NCBI GenBank assembly: GCA_026991575.1
Contig: JALXBF010000181.1
Location: forward strand, 32,699-96,698
Direction: 5' to 3'
Source: Planctomycetota bacterium
Lineage (GTDB): Bacteria; Planctomycetota; Planctomycetia; JALXBF01
DNA length: 64,000 nucleotides
Shown here: piece by piece, positions 9,662 to 18,873 of the stretch
Layout: the number at the start of each line of letters is the position of its first letter
How positions within the stretch are numbered: the stretch's first letter is position 1
The notes under the pieces: model-generated
The model's input: the letters and a program-made list of their open reading frames with translations, nothing else
Database searches by the model: none
Told to the model about the DNA's origin: nothing
Translations under genes and position numbers: made by a program

Positions 9662-10954
9662 GTGAACAGTCGGTATCGAGCGGTTCTGATCCTGCTGTGG
9701 ACTGTCTTCCTGTGCGGTGCGGACTGGCCCCAGTGGCGCGGTCCGAATCGCGACGGCCGTTCGCCAGAGACTGGTCTGGCCGACCGGTGGCCCGAAGGTG
9801 GTCCACGTCTGGTGCAGGTGTTGCGCGGTGCAGGAGGCGGTTTTGCCAGCGTTGCCATCGTGGATGATACGCTTTACACCCAGGGCTACTTCGGAGACAA
9901 CGAGTGCGTCGTCGCCTTCGACCTGGCCACCGGTCGCAAGCGGTGGCAGCGGCCCGTCGGCCGGACAATCCAAGTCGGCTACCCGGGAGCACGCAGTACG
10001 CCGACCGTCGATGGTGACCGATTGTATGTGGAGACGGTCGAGGGAGGGATCGCCTGCTTGGATCGGTCCACCGGGCGGGTGATCTGGCGGCGGGACATGG
10101 TCCGCGAGTTTGGGGGCTGGCGACCCAACTGGGGGTATGCGGAGTCGCCCTTGGTGGACGGCGATGCTGTTATCGTGACGCCAGGGGGCGCGAGAGCGAC
10201 CATTGTGAAGTTGAACAAGCATACCGGGCGGGTGATCTGGCAATGCGCGATCCGTTCAAGCAGACAGCAAGGCGGCAGGCGGGGCCTGGGCGGACGCGGC
10301 GAACGGGCCGCGTACGCCTCGGTGGTCATCAGCAATGCAGGGGGCCGCAAGCAGTACGTCCAGTTCTTGGATAGCGCCGTCGTTGGCGTGGATGCCGCCA
10401 CCGGGCGGCTGCTGTGGCGTTACGCAGCCCCAGCCAACCGGACCGCTAACATCGCAACGCCGATCGTGCAGGGCGATTTCGTCTTCGCAACCTCAGCGTA
10501 TAACACCGGCGGCGGCCTGGTGCGGCTGCGACCGGCCGGGCGACGGCGCGTGATGGCCGAAGAGGTCTACTTCACCCGTCGAATGCAGAACCACCACGGC
10601 GGGGTGGTTCTGCATGATGGCTACATCTATGGGTGCAGCGGATCGATCTGGACGTGCATCGAGTTTGCCACAGGTAAGCTGCGCTGGCGCGACCGCGGCA
10701 TTGGGAAGGGCTCGATCGTCTACGCAGACGGCAAACTCGTGCTCTTCAGCGAGCGCGGACGGGTGGCGTTGGTCGAGGCTTCCCCGGAAGGCTATCGAGA
10801 GCTCGGCCGCTTCGAGCTGCCGGAGCGCAGCGAGCACCCGACGTGGCCCCATCCGGTGATCGCCAACGGCCGACTCTACCTGCGCGACTGGAACAACATC
10901 TTCGTGTACGCCGTGGCCGAGGCCACCGCAGGCGTGGCGGTCCGGCAACCGTGA
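9662..10954 (+). CDS. PQQ-binding-like (BamB-type) beta-propeller protein
   Basis: Signal peptide followed by ADWPQWRGPNRDG, STPTVDGDRLY, YAESPLVDGD, HPVIANGRLYLRD. GTG start after GGAGGT, 2 nt after the upstream stop. Confidence 0.92.
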   Translation: MNSRYRAVLILLWTVFLCGADWPQWRGPNRDGRSPETGLADRWPEGGPRLVQVLRGAGGGFASVAIVDDTLYTQGYFGDNECVVAFDLATGRKRWQRPVGRTIQVGYPGARSTPTVDGDRLYVETVEGGIACLDRSTGRVIWRRDMVREFGGWRPNWGYAESPLVDGDAVIVTPGGARATIVKLNKHTGRVIWQCAIRSSRQQGGRRGLGGRGERAAYASVVISNAGGRKQYVQFLDSAVVGVDAATGRLLWRYAAPANRTANIATPIVQGDFVFATSAYNTGGGLVRLRPAGRRRVMAEEVYFTRRMQNHHGGVVLHDGYIYGCSGSIWTCIEFATGKLRWRDRGIGKGSIVYADGKLVLFSERGRVALVEASPEGYRELGRFELPERSEHPTWPHPVIANGRLYLRDWNNIFVYAVAEATAGVAVRQP

Positions 10955-10979
10955 GCTGTCGCGGTTGCTTGCGACCGGC

Positions 10980-11270
10980 TTACCGGCCCATGAGAATCTG
11001 ATGCGCTTCCTTGACGATACCCAGCGGCACGCTGGCAGCACCGGCCAGCACCTTCACCACCGGGTTCGGCCCGGCGTTCTGGTACTGCTGCATCGGTTCG
11101 TAAAGCAGCGGGTGGCGTTCGACGAACGAGGTGCCTGCCGCGACCCGCTGGTATCCGTAGTCGGCCGGCTGCGTTTGCGAGACGGCGGCCGTCGGCGTGG
11201 ACTGGCAACCGGCGACAAGCAGGACCGTACCACAGGCAGCCAGAGACAGTGTCAACGAGACTTTTCGCAT
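10980..11270 (-). CDS. Small putative lipoprotein
   Basis: GGAGGT RBS before ATG 11270; MRKVSLTLSLAACGTVLLVAG-C lipobox; 96 aa. Confidence 0.7.
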   Translation of the reverse strand: MRKVSLTLSLAACGTVLLVAGCQSTPTAAVSQTQPADYGYQRVAAGTSFVERHPLLYEPMQQYQNAGPNPVVKVLAGAASVPLGIVKEAHQILMGR

Positions 11271-11504
11271 CGCACCTACCTCCGCAGGAGTCGTGGCTGT
11301 CCCCGGCTCCGTTGGCCGCCCACTCAACTGTAGCCGGCCGGCGGGGTGAGGCCAGGGGTGGGCAGGCAGCGCCGCGATGAAGACTACCAACACTGAGGCA
11401 CACGCCGAGGGTGCGGATCCGGTAAGCTAACAAGACTGATCAGGCGGTGTGGGTACACCGGCTGATACTGCGCAGCCTGGATACGCATCGCGAGGAAGCC
11501 GGCC

Positions 11505-11984
11505 ATGGTCGCCAGAGACTTACTCCTGATCAGCTCAGCAGCTATCGCTATCGTCGGCACGCTAGCGGCTCATCGGCAGCAGGAGCTCACGCCCGAAGAA
11601 GAGGCGTTTGCGCGCATGCTAAGAGACTCCTACTGGCAAGGCCACTGGTACAGAAAGACCGATAAGGGGTTGCAGTATGGCGGCGAAGACGGCTACCACA
11701 TCTTGCGAGCCGAGCGGGTAGCCCCCGGCCACTGGTCGATCGTGGCGGAGTTCAAGTTGCATGGCAAACCGGTGCGGTTTGCCATCCCGGCTCGCGTGGC
11801 CTTCGTCGGTGGCACAGCCGTGGTCTATCTGGACGGGTTGCGTCTGCCCGGCGAGCCGCCGTTTAACTTCCGGGTGGTCTTCCACGAGGGCATGTACAGC
11901 GGTGTGTTCACGAGCGAGCCGTTGTCGGGCATCGTGCTGGGAGCAAGGGTGCCGGCGCCGCAGGAGGCAGCCAAAGGTCCCTAG
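11505..11984 (+). CDS. Secreted hypothetical protein (beta-rich)
   Basis: GAGG RBS, N-terminal hydrophobic signal, alternating beta-strand pattern; fills the gap between its neighbours. Confidence 0.7.
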   Translation: MVARDLLLISSAAIAIVGTLAAHRQQELTPEEEAFARMLRDSYWQGHWYRKTDKGLQYGGEDGYHILRAERVAPGHWSIVAEFKLHGKPVRFAIPARVAFVGGTAVVYLDGLRLPGEPPFNFRVVFHEGMYSGVFTSEPLSGIVLGARVPAPQEAAKGP

Positions 11985-12463
11985 CTCAGCGTCTCTTCCC
12001 AGACATCGTAACCGCTCGGCCGCATGCCGACCGCTTCATAGGCCGACCGAGCCCGCCGATTGTGGCCCATGACGTACAGTCGCAGCAGGGGCACACGCTC
12101 GCGGACAGCCAGCGTGCGGATGTGCTCATACAGAGCGCGGAAGACCCCCAGCCTTCGAAATGCCGGCTCCACGTACACACTCTGCAGCCACCAGATCCAG
12201 CCGTTTCGCCAGTCGCTCCACTCACGCGTGATCAGCGTCTGACCCACCACCCGGCCGTCCACTTCGGCCACAAAGTACTGTCCCTTCGTCGGGTCGCTCA
12301 GTACGGCGACGACGCCGGCATGGACCTGGTCGGGGTTCAGGCGGAGCTGTTCGGTTTCCTGGGCGATGGCCATGTTAAACCGTGCGATGACCGGGGCGTC
12401 CTTAAGCTGCGCGTTTCGAACACGAATCTTGGTCACCTTCTTCTGTGAGGACTGCATCATCAA
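11981..12463 (-). CDS. GNAT family N-acetyltransferase
   Basis: WLQSVYVEPAFRRLGVFRALY (acetyl-CoA motif A), N..A..AYEAVGM. The start may be GTG 12436. Confidence 0.92.
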   Translation of the reverse strand: MMMQSSQKKVTKIRVRNAQLKDAPVIARFNMAIAQETEQLRLNPDQVHAGVVAVLSDPTKGQYFVAEVDGRVVGQTLITREWSDWRNGWIWWLQSVYVEPAFRRLGVFRALYEHIRTLAVRERVPLLRLYVMGHNRRARSAYEAVGMRPSGYDVWEETLS

Positions 12464-13898
12464 CGGCTGCCAGAGCTTGTGGCGCGGTACGGGAGCCCGT
12501 TAGCCAGGCAGGCCGCAGCAGGGCGATGATTCCAATCGCAGCGTAGACCGCCTGGAATGCCTCCACCGGCAGCCGGAACCGGATCGAGACGATCGTCAGT
12601 GTGTGGAACAGACAGACCGCCGCGTACGCGGCCGGCAAAGGCCAAAGACGTCGCCACAGCTGACGGCCACGCCAGAGTCCCAGCAGACTCAGGGCCACGA
12701 ACAAAGCATGATATGCCCGGTACGCGGGCAGCCGTGTTCGAGGATTGGTCTCGTCGAACAGCAGGAAGTAACGCAGACGCTGCAAGCACAGGCGGACGTA
12801 GTGGTCCGGGTGGTGCCGGATGTAGTCCAGCACGGCATGCAACAGGAATTGGCATCGTTCCGGTTCGCTCAGCGTCGCCAGACGCTGCCGCTCGGACGGT
12901 GTCAGCACCATGTCGTCAATGTAGCGGGTCTCGTGGCGCGCTTTCCAGAGCGTCTCGGTCAGCTCGCGCAACCCGCCGCGGGCCATTGCCACCAGGTCGT
13001 CTGCCTCGGCCCGGGGGATCTTGTCCGTGCCCCATGACCGAGGGTGATTGCCCTGCCAGAACGCATAGCCGAATGTGCTCTTGATCGGAATGAACCTGCC
13101 GAAGACCGCGTAGTTCCGCACCAACCAGGGCAACGGCAGGAGGACGGCGACGCTTGCTGCGATTACGATCGCACGCAGACGCACGCCGAGCGGTGTGGCG
13201 CGGTTGCATTGGGGGGGACGCCAGCATAAGGCCGTGAGAATGGCGACAAAGAAGACCAGGCCGAGGATGGGATCGGTCAAAAGGGTGAGCCCCCCTAGCA
13301 GGCCGAGGAATACGGCTTTCAGAGCGACCGTCCGCGCTACGGGCTGGGGGCCCAGTTCGGTCAGAGACAGCCCCGAGTGAATCAGCAAGGCTGCCTCCAG
13401 CGAAAGCAACGTGATCGGCTGCAGATGAGTGACGGCGTAGACCAGCGTGGGATGCAGCGCGGTTGTCCATCCGGCGAGCCAACCTATAACCGGCCGTTCC
13501 GGCACCATGCGCCAACAGATTGCCGCAACCAGCAGCGGTAACCAGGCACCCAGAACTGCCTGGATCAGCTGAAGCCACAAAGCTGCCGCAGCGTTCTGAA
13601 CGCCAAGGGCCAGGTAGGCGATGGCCACGAGCGACGGATAGACCGGAGCCTGACTGGCGGTCGGTCCGAACATCCCGAGGAATTCGATGCTGAAGCCCCG
13701 GCCAGTCACGAGGTTCGCAGCAATCTGACCGTACTCGTACCAGACGTTCGGCAGCAGATAGCTGCGCGCGGTTTGGACCACAGCCACCCTGACGATGGCC
13801 GCGCCAAGAAACAGCGCGCAGAGCCCGATGAACCGGCTGCGAGCTGGGCCGGCGAGTTCCTCGCTGAGATTGCTGCTTCTCACAAGGACCCCTGGCAT
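12402..13898 (-). CDS. GT-C fold glycosyltransferase (family 39/ArnT-PMT-like)
   Basis: Multi-TM; EYGQIAANLVTGRGF, QAPVYP, PWLVRNYAVFGRFIPIKSTFG, RFRLPVE. Confidence 0.85.
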   Translation of the reverse strand: MPGVLVRSSNLSEELAGPARSRFIGLCALFLGAAIVRVAVVQTARSYLLPNVWYEYGQIAANLVTGRGFSIEFLGMFGPTASQAPVYPSLVAIAYLALGVQNAAAALWLQLIQAVLGAWLPLLVAAICWRMVPERPVIGWLAGWTTALHPTLVYAVTHLQPITLLSLEAALLIHSGLSLTELGPQPVARTVALKAVFLGLLGGLTLLTDPILGLVFFVAILTALCWRPPQCNRATPLGVRLRAIVIAASVAVLLPLPWLVRNYAVFGRFIPIKSTFGYAFWQGNHPRSWGTDKIPRAEADDLVAMARGGLRELTETLWKARHETRYIDDMVLTPSERQRLATLSEPERCQFLLHAVLDYIRHHPDHYVRLCLQRLRYFLLFDETNPRTRLPAYRAYHALFVALSLLGLWRGRQLWRRLWPLPAAYAAVCLFHTLTIVSIRFRLPVEAFQAVYAAIGIIALLRPAWLTGSRTAPQALAAVDDAVLTEEGDQDSCSKRAA

Positions 13899-14336
13899 GC
13901 GATGTCCGCCCGTGGGGTGCGCTGGGTGCGCACGTTTCTGGCCGCCCGCGCCGGGTTCCTTAGGCGGGGAGCGCCGGCGGCGTGCTGTGCCACCAGTTAT
14001 GCCACCCGGCGCGTACCAATGGCGCTGTGGTCCGTGTGGTACGGTTTCTTCCCGGTATCATCAAGATGCCTTCGCCACGGAGCACCGGGGGGCCGCCTCT
14101 GCCGTGACTTCGTGAAATCGAAACGAAAATCCCTTGGCCTCCCCAGCGTGCGCTGAGATCGCGCAGAACTGGTCGCCCCTTGCTCGTGGGCATGCGCGGC
14201 GGCCCTCGAGTACGGATGGCGTCGGTACCCGTGGTCGTCGGGATCACGCGGAGCCGGTGCTCGGCGCTATCGAGCGTGCGGCTAGACTTGATGGGTGCTT
14301 CATGGCGTAGCCGAAGGAGCGACGATCGAGGGCGGG

Positions 14337-16364
14337 ATGCCGGGGGATGTGATGTGGGCTCTGGTGGGCAAAGAACTTAGGCAACTCAGCCAGCACTGGC
14401 TGTGCTTCGCGCTGCGCGTCGTGCCAGCTGCTGTCGTGCTGGCGCATTGTTTCGCGCAGGAGCAACCGGCGACGATTCACGGGTATCAGCGGTTCGTCCG
14501 TGAGGTTTACAAAGCAGTGGGGGCCGTCGAGTTCGTTGCCCTGGGGGTCTTGCTCTTCTGGGTCGCCCCGGCTCTAACTCAAGAGCGCGAGCGCGGCACG
14601 CTGCCTTTGCTGCTGTTAACAAGCTTTAGTCCAGCAACCATCGCGCTGGCAAAAGCCGCTAGCCGGATGGCTCTGCTGGGCGTGCCCGCGTTGACCATGA
14701 CCGGCGTGGTCTTCCTGCTGACGTTATTGGGTGGGCTTGAACCGGCTCAGTTCCTCCGGCTCCAGGCGGCATACGTGGTGACGGGGCTGTTCACCGTGTC
14801 CTTCGCCGTGGCCATATCGGCGCGGAGCCGAACGACGGTCAGCGCCGTGACGATGTTGGTCGCGTGGTCATTGCTGCTGTGGATGCTCGTGCCGGCAGCG
14901 GTTCTCAGCGTTACGGAAGCGTTGATCAGGCAACCGGATTACCAGCTCTACCTGATGCCCCTACACCTGCCCGCATTGGTCAGTATCGTGCTAGACCCTC
15001 TGGGATATGCCTCGGTTATATCTGCCGGCACTTGGTGGCTGCTACCGGCTGGATTCGCGCTCCATCTACTGGCGGCCGCCGGCCTGTTGGGGTGTGCGGG
15101 GCGCTGGGTGGCCAATCGGGAACTGCTGTGGCGGCCGCCGGAACGGCCTGTCGTTTCAGGGCAACGGTGGTGGACGCGGGCGTACTGGAAGCGGGTCGGA
15201 CTGCCATTACGACGCTGGCTGCGCGGCCGACTGGCCGCAGTGGCTGACTTGGTCGAGCGGGCGGGCGTCCCCGGCGTGCTGACGCTGCGAGCCGTGGTGG
15301 GCAATCCATACGACTCACGGGGCTCACTAGGGATGTTCGTTCTTGCCATCACCGCGCTGCCGATGGGAGCGCTGCTGCTTTCCGAGGCTGAGCCACCCTG
15401 GGACCTCGTGGCGCTGGCGCTGATACTTGCGGTTCCCGCATTGCTCGTACTGCCAGCCGCTCCGGGAGTTGCGTGCGCCATGCTGGGCGTCGCCCTCGGG
15501 CTACAGCCCCAGGATGTGTTCCACGAGATTACCGAGGATGTGCTGGCGACGGCGGTGGTCGTGGCAGCGCCGGTCTTGTGGGCGACTGCGGCCGCGGGCT
15601 TGGTCCGCGACCGGACCAGTGCCATGCTCGAAGTACTCAACGCCACCCCGCTGTCCGCCACGACGCTCACGGCGATACCTGTCGCATGTGCCGCTCGGGC
15701 AGCAGTGCCTGTCTTAGCCCTCGTGGCCGGGGCTCTGGCCACCCATCTTGCGGTCGTCCTCCAGCCGGAGCTGTCGGGAGGCGGGCACGAAAGGGCTGAT
15801 GACGTCTGGTTCACCACTGCGAACCTAGCGATGTGGTGGTTTGAAACGCTGCTGGACCTGATCATGGGGCTGGTGGTAGCCGTGGCTTTCGGCCTGGTAG
15901 CGAAGCGAACCGGGGGCGCTGTCTCGATGGTTGCGGGCGCGTACGCGTTGACATGGCTGATGTTGATCGCGGCGGACCAATCTCCGTTTCTTCGGCCGGT
16001 TTACGTGTTCCCGAGCGTTGGCCTGGTTTGCCTGGTGGTCGGCAGCTTGCTGCGAAACCGGACATGGCACGTCTGGCTAAGCGGCACGGGGCTGTTGTGG
16101 TTCTTGGGGGCCGCACCGGCGCTGGCTGTGGAGTTGATGCCCCGTCTGCACACGCAGTCGCTTGCCTCACCTGCTTGGTGGCGCTGGTGGATGCTGTACC
16201 CGCTTAACGTATTTCGCCAGATTGCACCGCTTGGGCAAAGCGCCACGGTCTTGTTCCTGCACGCCGTGGTGGCCTGTATTCTGCTGGCTTGGCTCTGCGC
16301 GAATTACGAGGCGTGGACGGGGCGACCAGCCGGCGCCACCGCGCCACGCCCCGCGGGGCACTAA
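14337..16364 (+). CDS. ABC-2 type transporter permease subunit (two permease-like halves)
   Basis: LVGKELRQ, ALTQERERGTLPLLLLT..IALAK, and a second RDRTSAMLEVLNATPLS; many TM helices. Start uncertain (14295-14352). Confidence 0.8.
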   Translation: MPGDVMWALVGKELRQLSQHWLCFALRVVPAAVVLAHCFAQEQPATIHGYQRFVREVYKAVGAVEFVALGVLLFWVAPALTQERERGTLPLLLLTSFSPATIALAKAASRMALLGVPALTMTGVVFLLTLLGGLEPAQFLRLQAAYVVTGLFTVSFAVAISARSRTTVSAVTMLVAWSLLLWMLVPAAVLSVTEALIRQPDYQLYLMPLHLPALVSIVLDPLGYASVISAGTWWLLPAGFALHLLAAAGLLGCAGRWVANRELLWRPPERPVVSGQRWWTRAYWKRVGLPLRRWLRGRLAAVADLVERAGVPGVLTLRAVVGNPYDSRGSLGMFVLAITALPMGALLLSEAEPPWDLVALALILAVPALLVLPAAPGVACAMLGVALGLQPQDVFHEITEDVLATAVVVAAPVLWATAAAGLVRDRTSAMLEVLNATPLSATTLTAIPVACAARAAVPVLALVAGALATHLAVVLQPELSGGGHERADDVWFTTANLAMWWFETLLDLIMGLVVAVAFGLVAKRTGGAVSMVAGAYALTWLMLIAADQSPFLRPVYVFPSVGLVCLVVGSLLRNRTWHVWLSGTGLLWFLGAAPALAVELMPRLHTQSLASPAWWRWWMLYPLNVFRQIAPLGQSATVLFLHAVVACILLAWLCANYEAWTGRPAGATAPRPAGH

Positions 16365-16799
16365 GCTCGGGCACACTGGTACGTTCGCTGGATGAGGGCA
16401 CGTCTGCTGGCATGTGGGCACAGGAGCGGCGTGCCCAGTGCGCGCGATTGTCGACGAGGACGCGACACGACCCACCGGGCGGATCGTCGCATGCCCGGTA
16501 CTCTTGTTCACAGCGTCCGACCGACCGTTACCTGGATGGGGCGGCGTGACCCGGGGGCGGGCCAGGGCGCGGGCAGGAGCATCCTGTCTGGGAACGAGCT
16601 CTGCTCGGCTGCGCACCGGTGCCATGCACCGGGCGAACGGCAACCGGTCTACACCTGGTCGCAGGCTTGGCACAGCGGCCGAGCAGCTGGTTGGCACGCA
16701 CTTTCCGGGCCGCTCGTCCCGGGCGACTGCCGTATTGCGCGTGCTAGGGGCGAAAGCAGAGCGGCCCACCGCCCACTTAAGCCCGGCAAATGGTCTGCT

Positions 16800-18524
16800 T
16801 CATCGAATGTCTTCGGCGAAGGCCAGCGGGGTCAGCGCTTGGCCTGTCGCTGCGCGCGTCAGTTCGTTCCATGGCAGCATGCGGCCATGACCGAACACGC
16901 GTTCCCTGAGGAACTCGCCAACCTTCGGGTTGCCTGTGTAGATGAACTCAGCAGGGGCACGGTCTGGTGCAAGCGCTCGGACCATCGCGTGGTGGACCTG
17001 CGAGGCGAACATCTCGCCCATCATGTAATTGTGGTAGTACGCCGGTGCGGCCACGATGTGAATCTTGCTGGCGTAGTCCGGTTCGTCGCGCCCCTCCGGT
17101 GGCGTGATGCCCTGATAGCGTTGCACCATCTGCCACCAGAGTCGGTTCAAGTCCTGATCGGGATTCTTGTACAGCTCCCGCTCAAACCGCAGCATTACCT
17201 GACACCACCGAGAGAAGATCAGCATCTGGTAGCGGAGCATGTCGCGGCCGGCCTGTTCGATCTGCTCCGACGTCAGCCCGTCGGGCAACTTGTCACCGAC
17301 CACGCCTACGCTCTGCATCCAGCTGAGACGCTTTGACAAGCGGCCGAACATCATTGCGATCCCTTCGGTGGCGAGGATATGTGCTTCGGTGCGGAGCAGG
17401 TAAGGCAGTCTTCGGGGCACGTACTTGGAGTAGACCGCGTGCCCCAGTTCATGGAGCATCGTCTCCATCCAACGTTCGCTCGGCACAACATTCGCCAGGA
17501 CGCGGACGTCTCCCTCGCGGTCGATGTCGATACAGAACGCGTGCGGGCTCTTGCCCGGCTTCTCGAACAGGTCGCTACGGTCGAGCACGTCGCGGACGTC
17601 CAGCCCGATCCCGGCGAAGAACTCGCGGCAAACCTGAACGATGTTGGTACGACGGTACAGTTCGTCAAAGTCCACGTCGAAGATGTTGGGGGCTTCCTGG
17701 AAGAACGGGTCATGGTAGTGCCACGGCCGGAGCTCGTCGGGGCTGATACCGTAGTCCCGCGCCAACCGCTCGTCGATCGCTCGCTTTACGGCCAGGAAGG
17801 GCTCGCGGGTGAGTTCATCGAGTTCGTCGAAGAGACGCAAGATCTCGTTCGGCTGCTGTTCGTTGATGACAAGCATCATGTCGTGGAAGTTGTCGAAGCC
17901 CAACTTGCGTGCGGCTTGATTACGCAGCTGGATCAGTTCCTTGAGGTCTTTCTCCACCACGCGGCCCACGCGTTTGCTGGCCTCCCACACTCTGCGGCGG
18001 TAATCGCTGTCCTTCGACTCACGCAACACCTGGCGCACCTGGTTATCCGTCAGCTTCTTGCCGTCTACTTCCGGGCGAAACACGTTGAACGCACGCTCGA
18101 CGGCGTTTTCCTTGCGCGTGATCTGCTTCAGTAGCTCCGGATCCAGCTGCTTCGGCAGATAGGTCAGGTACATGACCTGGATCTGGCGGGCAAGCACCGG
18201 ATTGCGAATGGATCGGCTTTCGACTAGAGATTTCAAGCGCGCGAACACCTCCCGATCAGACAGCGCCAGGTCATACTGGTTCTGGATGCGTTCCTTTTCG
18301 CGGTACGCCTCCTCAGTACCGCTGATGTTTGCCTGCCACCAGGCCCTGGCAAGCTGTATCTCGAGGGGCCGGATCTTTTGTTCGTAGAGCCGGACGAGTT
18401 CGATGGCTTGCTCGTCGGCCGAGTCGCCCCGCGCTCGCGCTGCCCAAACCAGACTCGCAACCATGATCAGCGTGGCCACTGCGAGTGCTGCCAGCGTTGC
18501 CCATTTGGACTCGAGCCACATCAC
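16800..18524 (-). CDS. M2/M3-family (gluzincin) metallopeptidase with N-terminal signal/anchor
   Basis: HELGH zinc motif, downstream TEGIAM third ligand, KPGKSPHAFC, HIVAAPAYYHNY. Confidence 0.9.
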   Translation of the reverse strand: MMWLESKWATLAALAVATLIMVASLVWAARARGDSADEQAIELVRLYEQKIRPLEIQLARAWWQANISGTEEAYREKERIQNQYDLALSDREVFARLKSLVESRSIRNPVLARQIQVMYLTYLPKQLDPELLKQITRKENAVERAFNVFRPEVDGKKLTDNQVRQVLRESKDSDYRRRVWEASKRVGRVVEKDLKELIQLRNQAARKLGFDNFHDMMLVINEQQPNEILRLFDELDELTREPFLAVKRAIDERLARDYGISPDELRPWHYHDPFFQEAPNIFDVDFDELYRRTNIVQVCREFFAGIGLDVRDVLDRSDLFEKPGKSPHAFCIDIDREGDVRVLANVVPSERWMETMLHELGHAVYSKYVPRRLPYLLRTEAHILATEGIAMMFGRLSKRLSWMQSVGVVGDKLPDGLTSEQIEQAGRDMLRYQMLIFSRWCQVMLRFERELYKNPDQDLNRLWWQMVQRYQGITPPEGRDEPDYASKIHIVAAPAYYHNYMMGEMFASQVHHAMVRALAPDRAPAEFIYTGNPKVGEFLRERVFGHGRMLPWNELTRAATGQALTPLAFAEDIR

Positions 18525-18873
18525 GTCGTCAGCCTCCCACGATGCGTTGGCGTGTTTGGCCTTCGTGCGTCTGGCGGATTGTACCGCAACCGCCTGGCCG
18601 CAGCGCCGCCGTGGGGACTAGCCGCCGCCGACGGGCAACGGAACCGCCGGGGGCCGGACCGCGCTCGGGGAACCGGCAGGCGGTCTGAGAGAGCACGCAG
18701 CAGAAGTGCCCGGTTCGCGGTGCTTGTTCCCGGGGGGGGCCGCACCCCCGGTGGGCGGGATATGATGGCATCAGGTGCCGGTCGGCGCGCGGTGCATGCC
18801 GCTTGCGCCTGGTTCGGCGGGGCCGTTGTCGGAGGGTGTCGCCACGGCGGCCGGTCAGAGCGTGCCGAGGGTG

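Noticed and set aside
16365-16799. 435-nt gap between convergent genes, including TGGCACGCACTTTCC at ~16712
   Set aside because: No credible ORF, repeat or RNA motif; the sigma-54-like string lacks the -12 GC and points into a gene's 3' end.
18729-18752. G/C hairpins at ~18730 and ~63976-63998 as terminators or REP-like repeats
   Set aside because: No U-tract on the relevant strand and no shared sequence beyond G/C runs.
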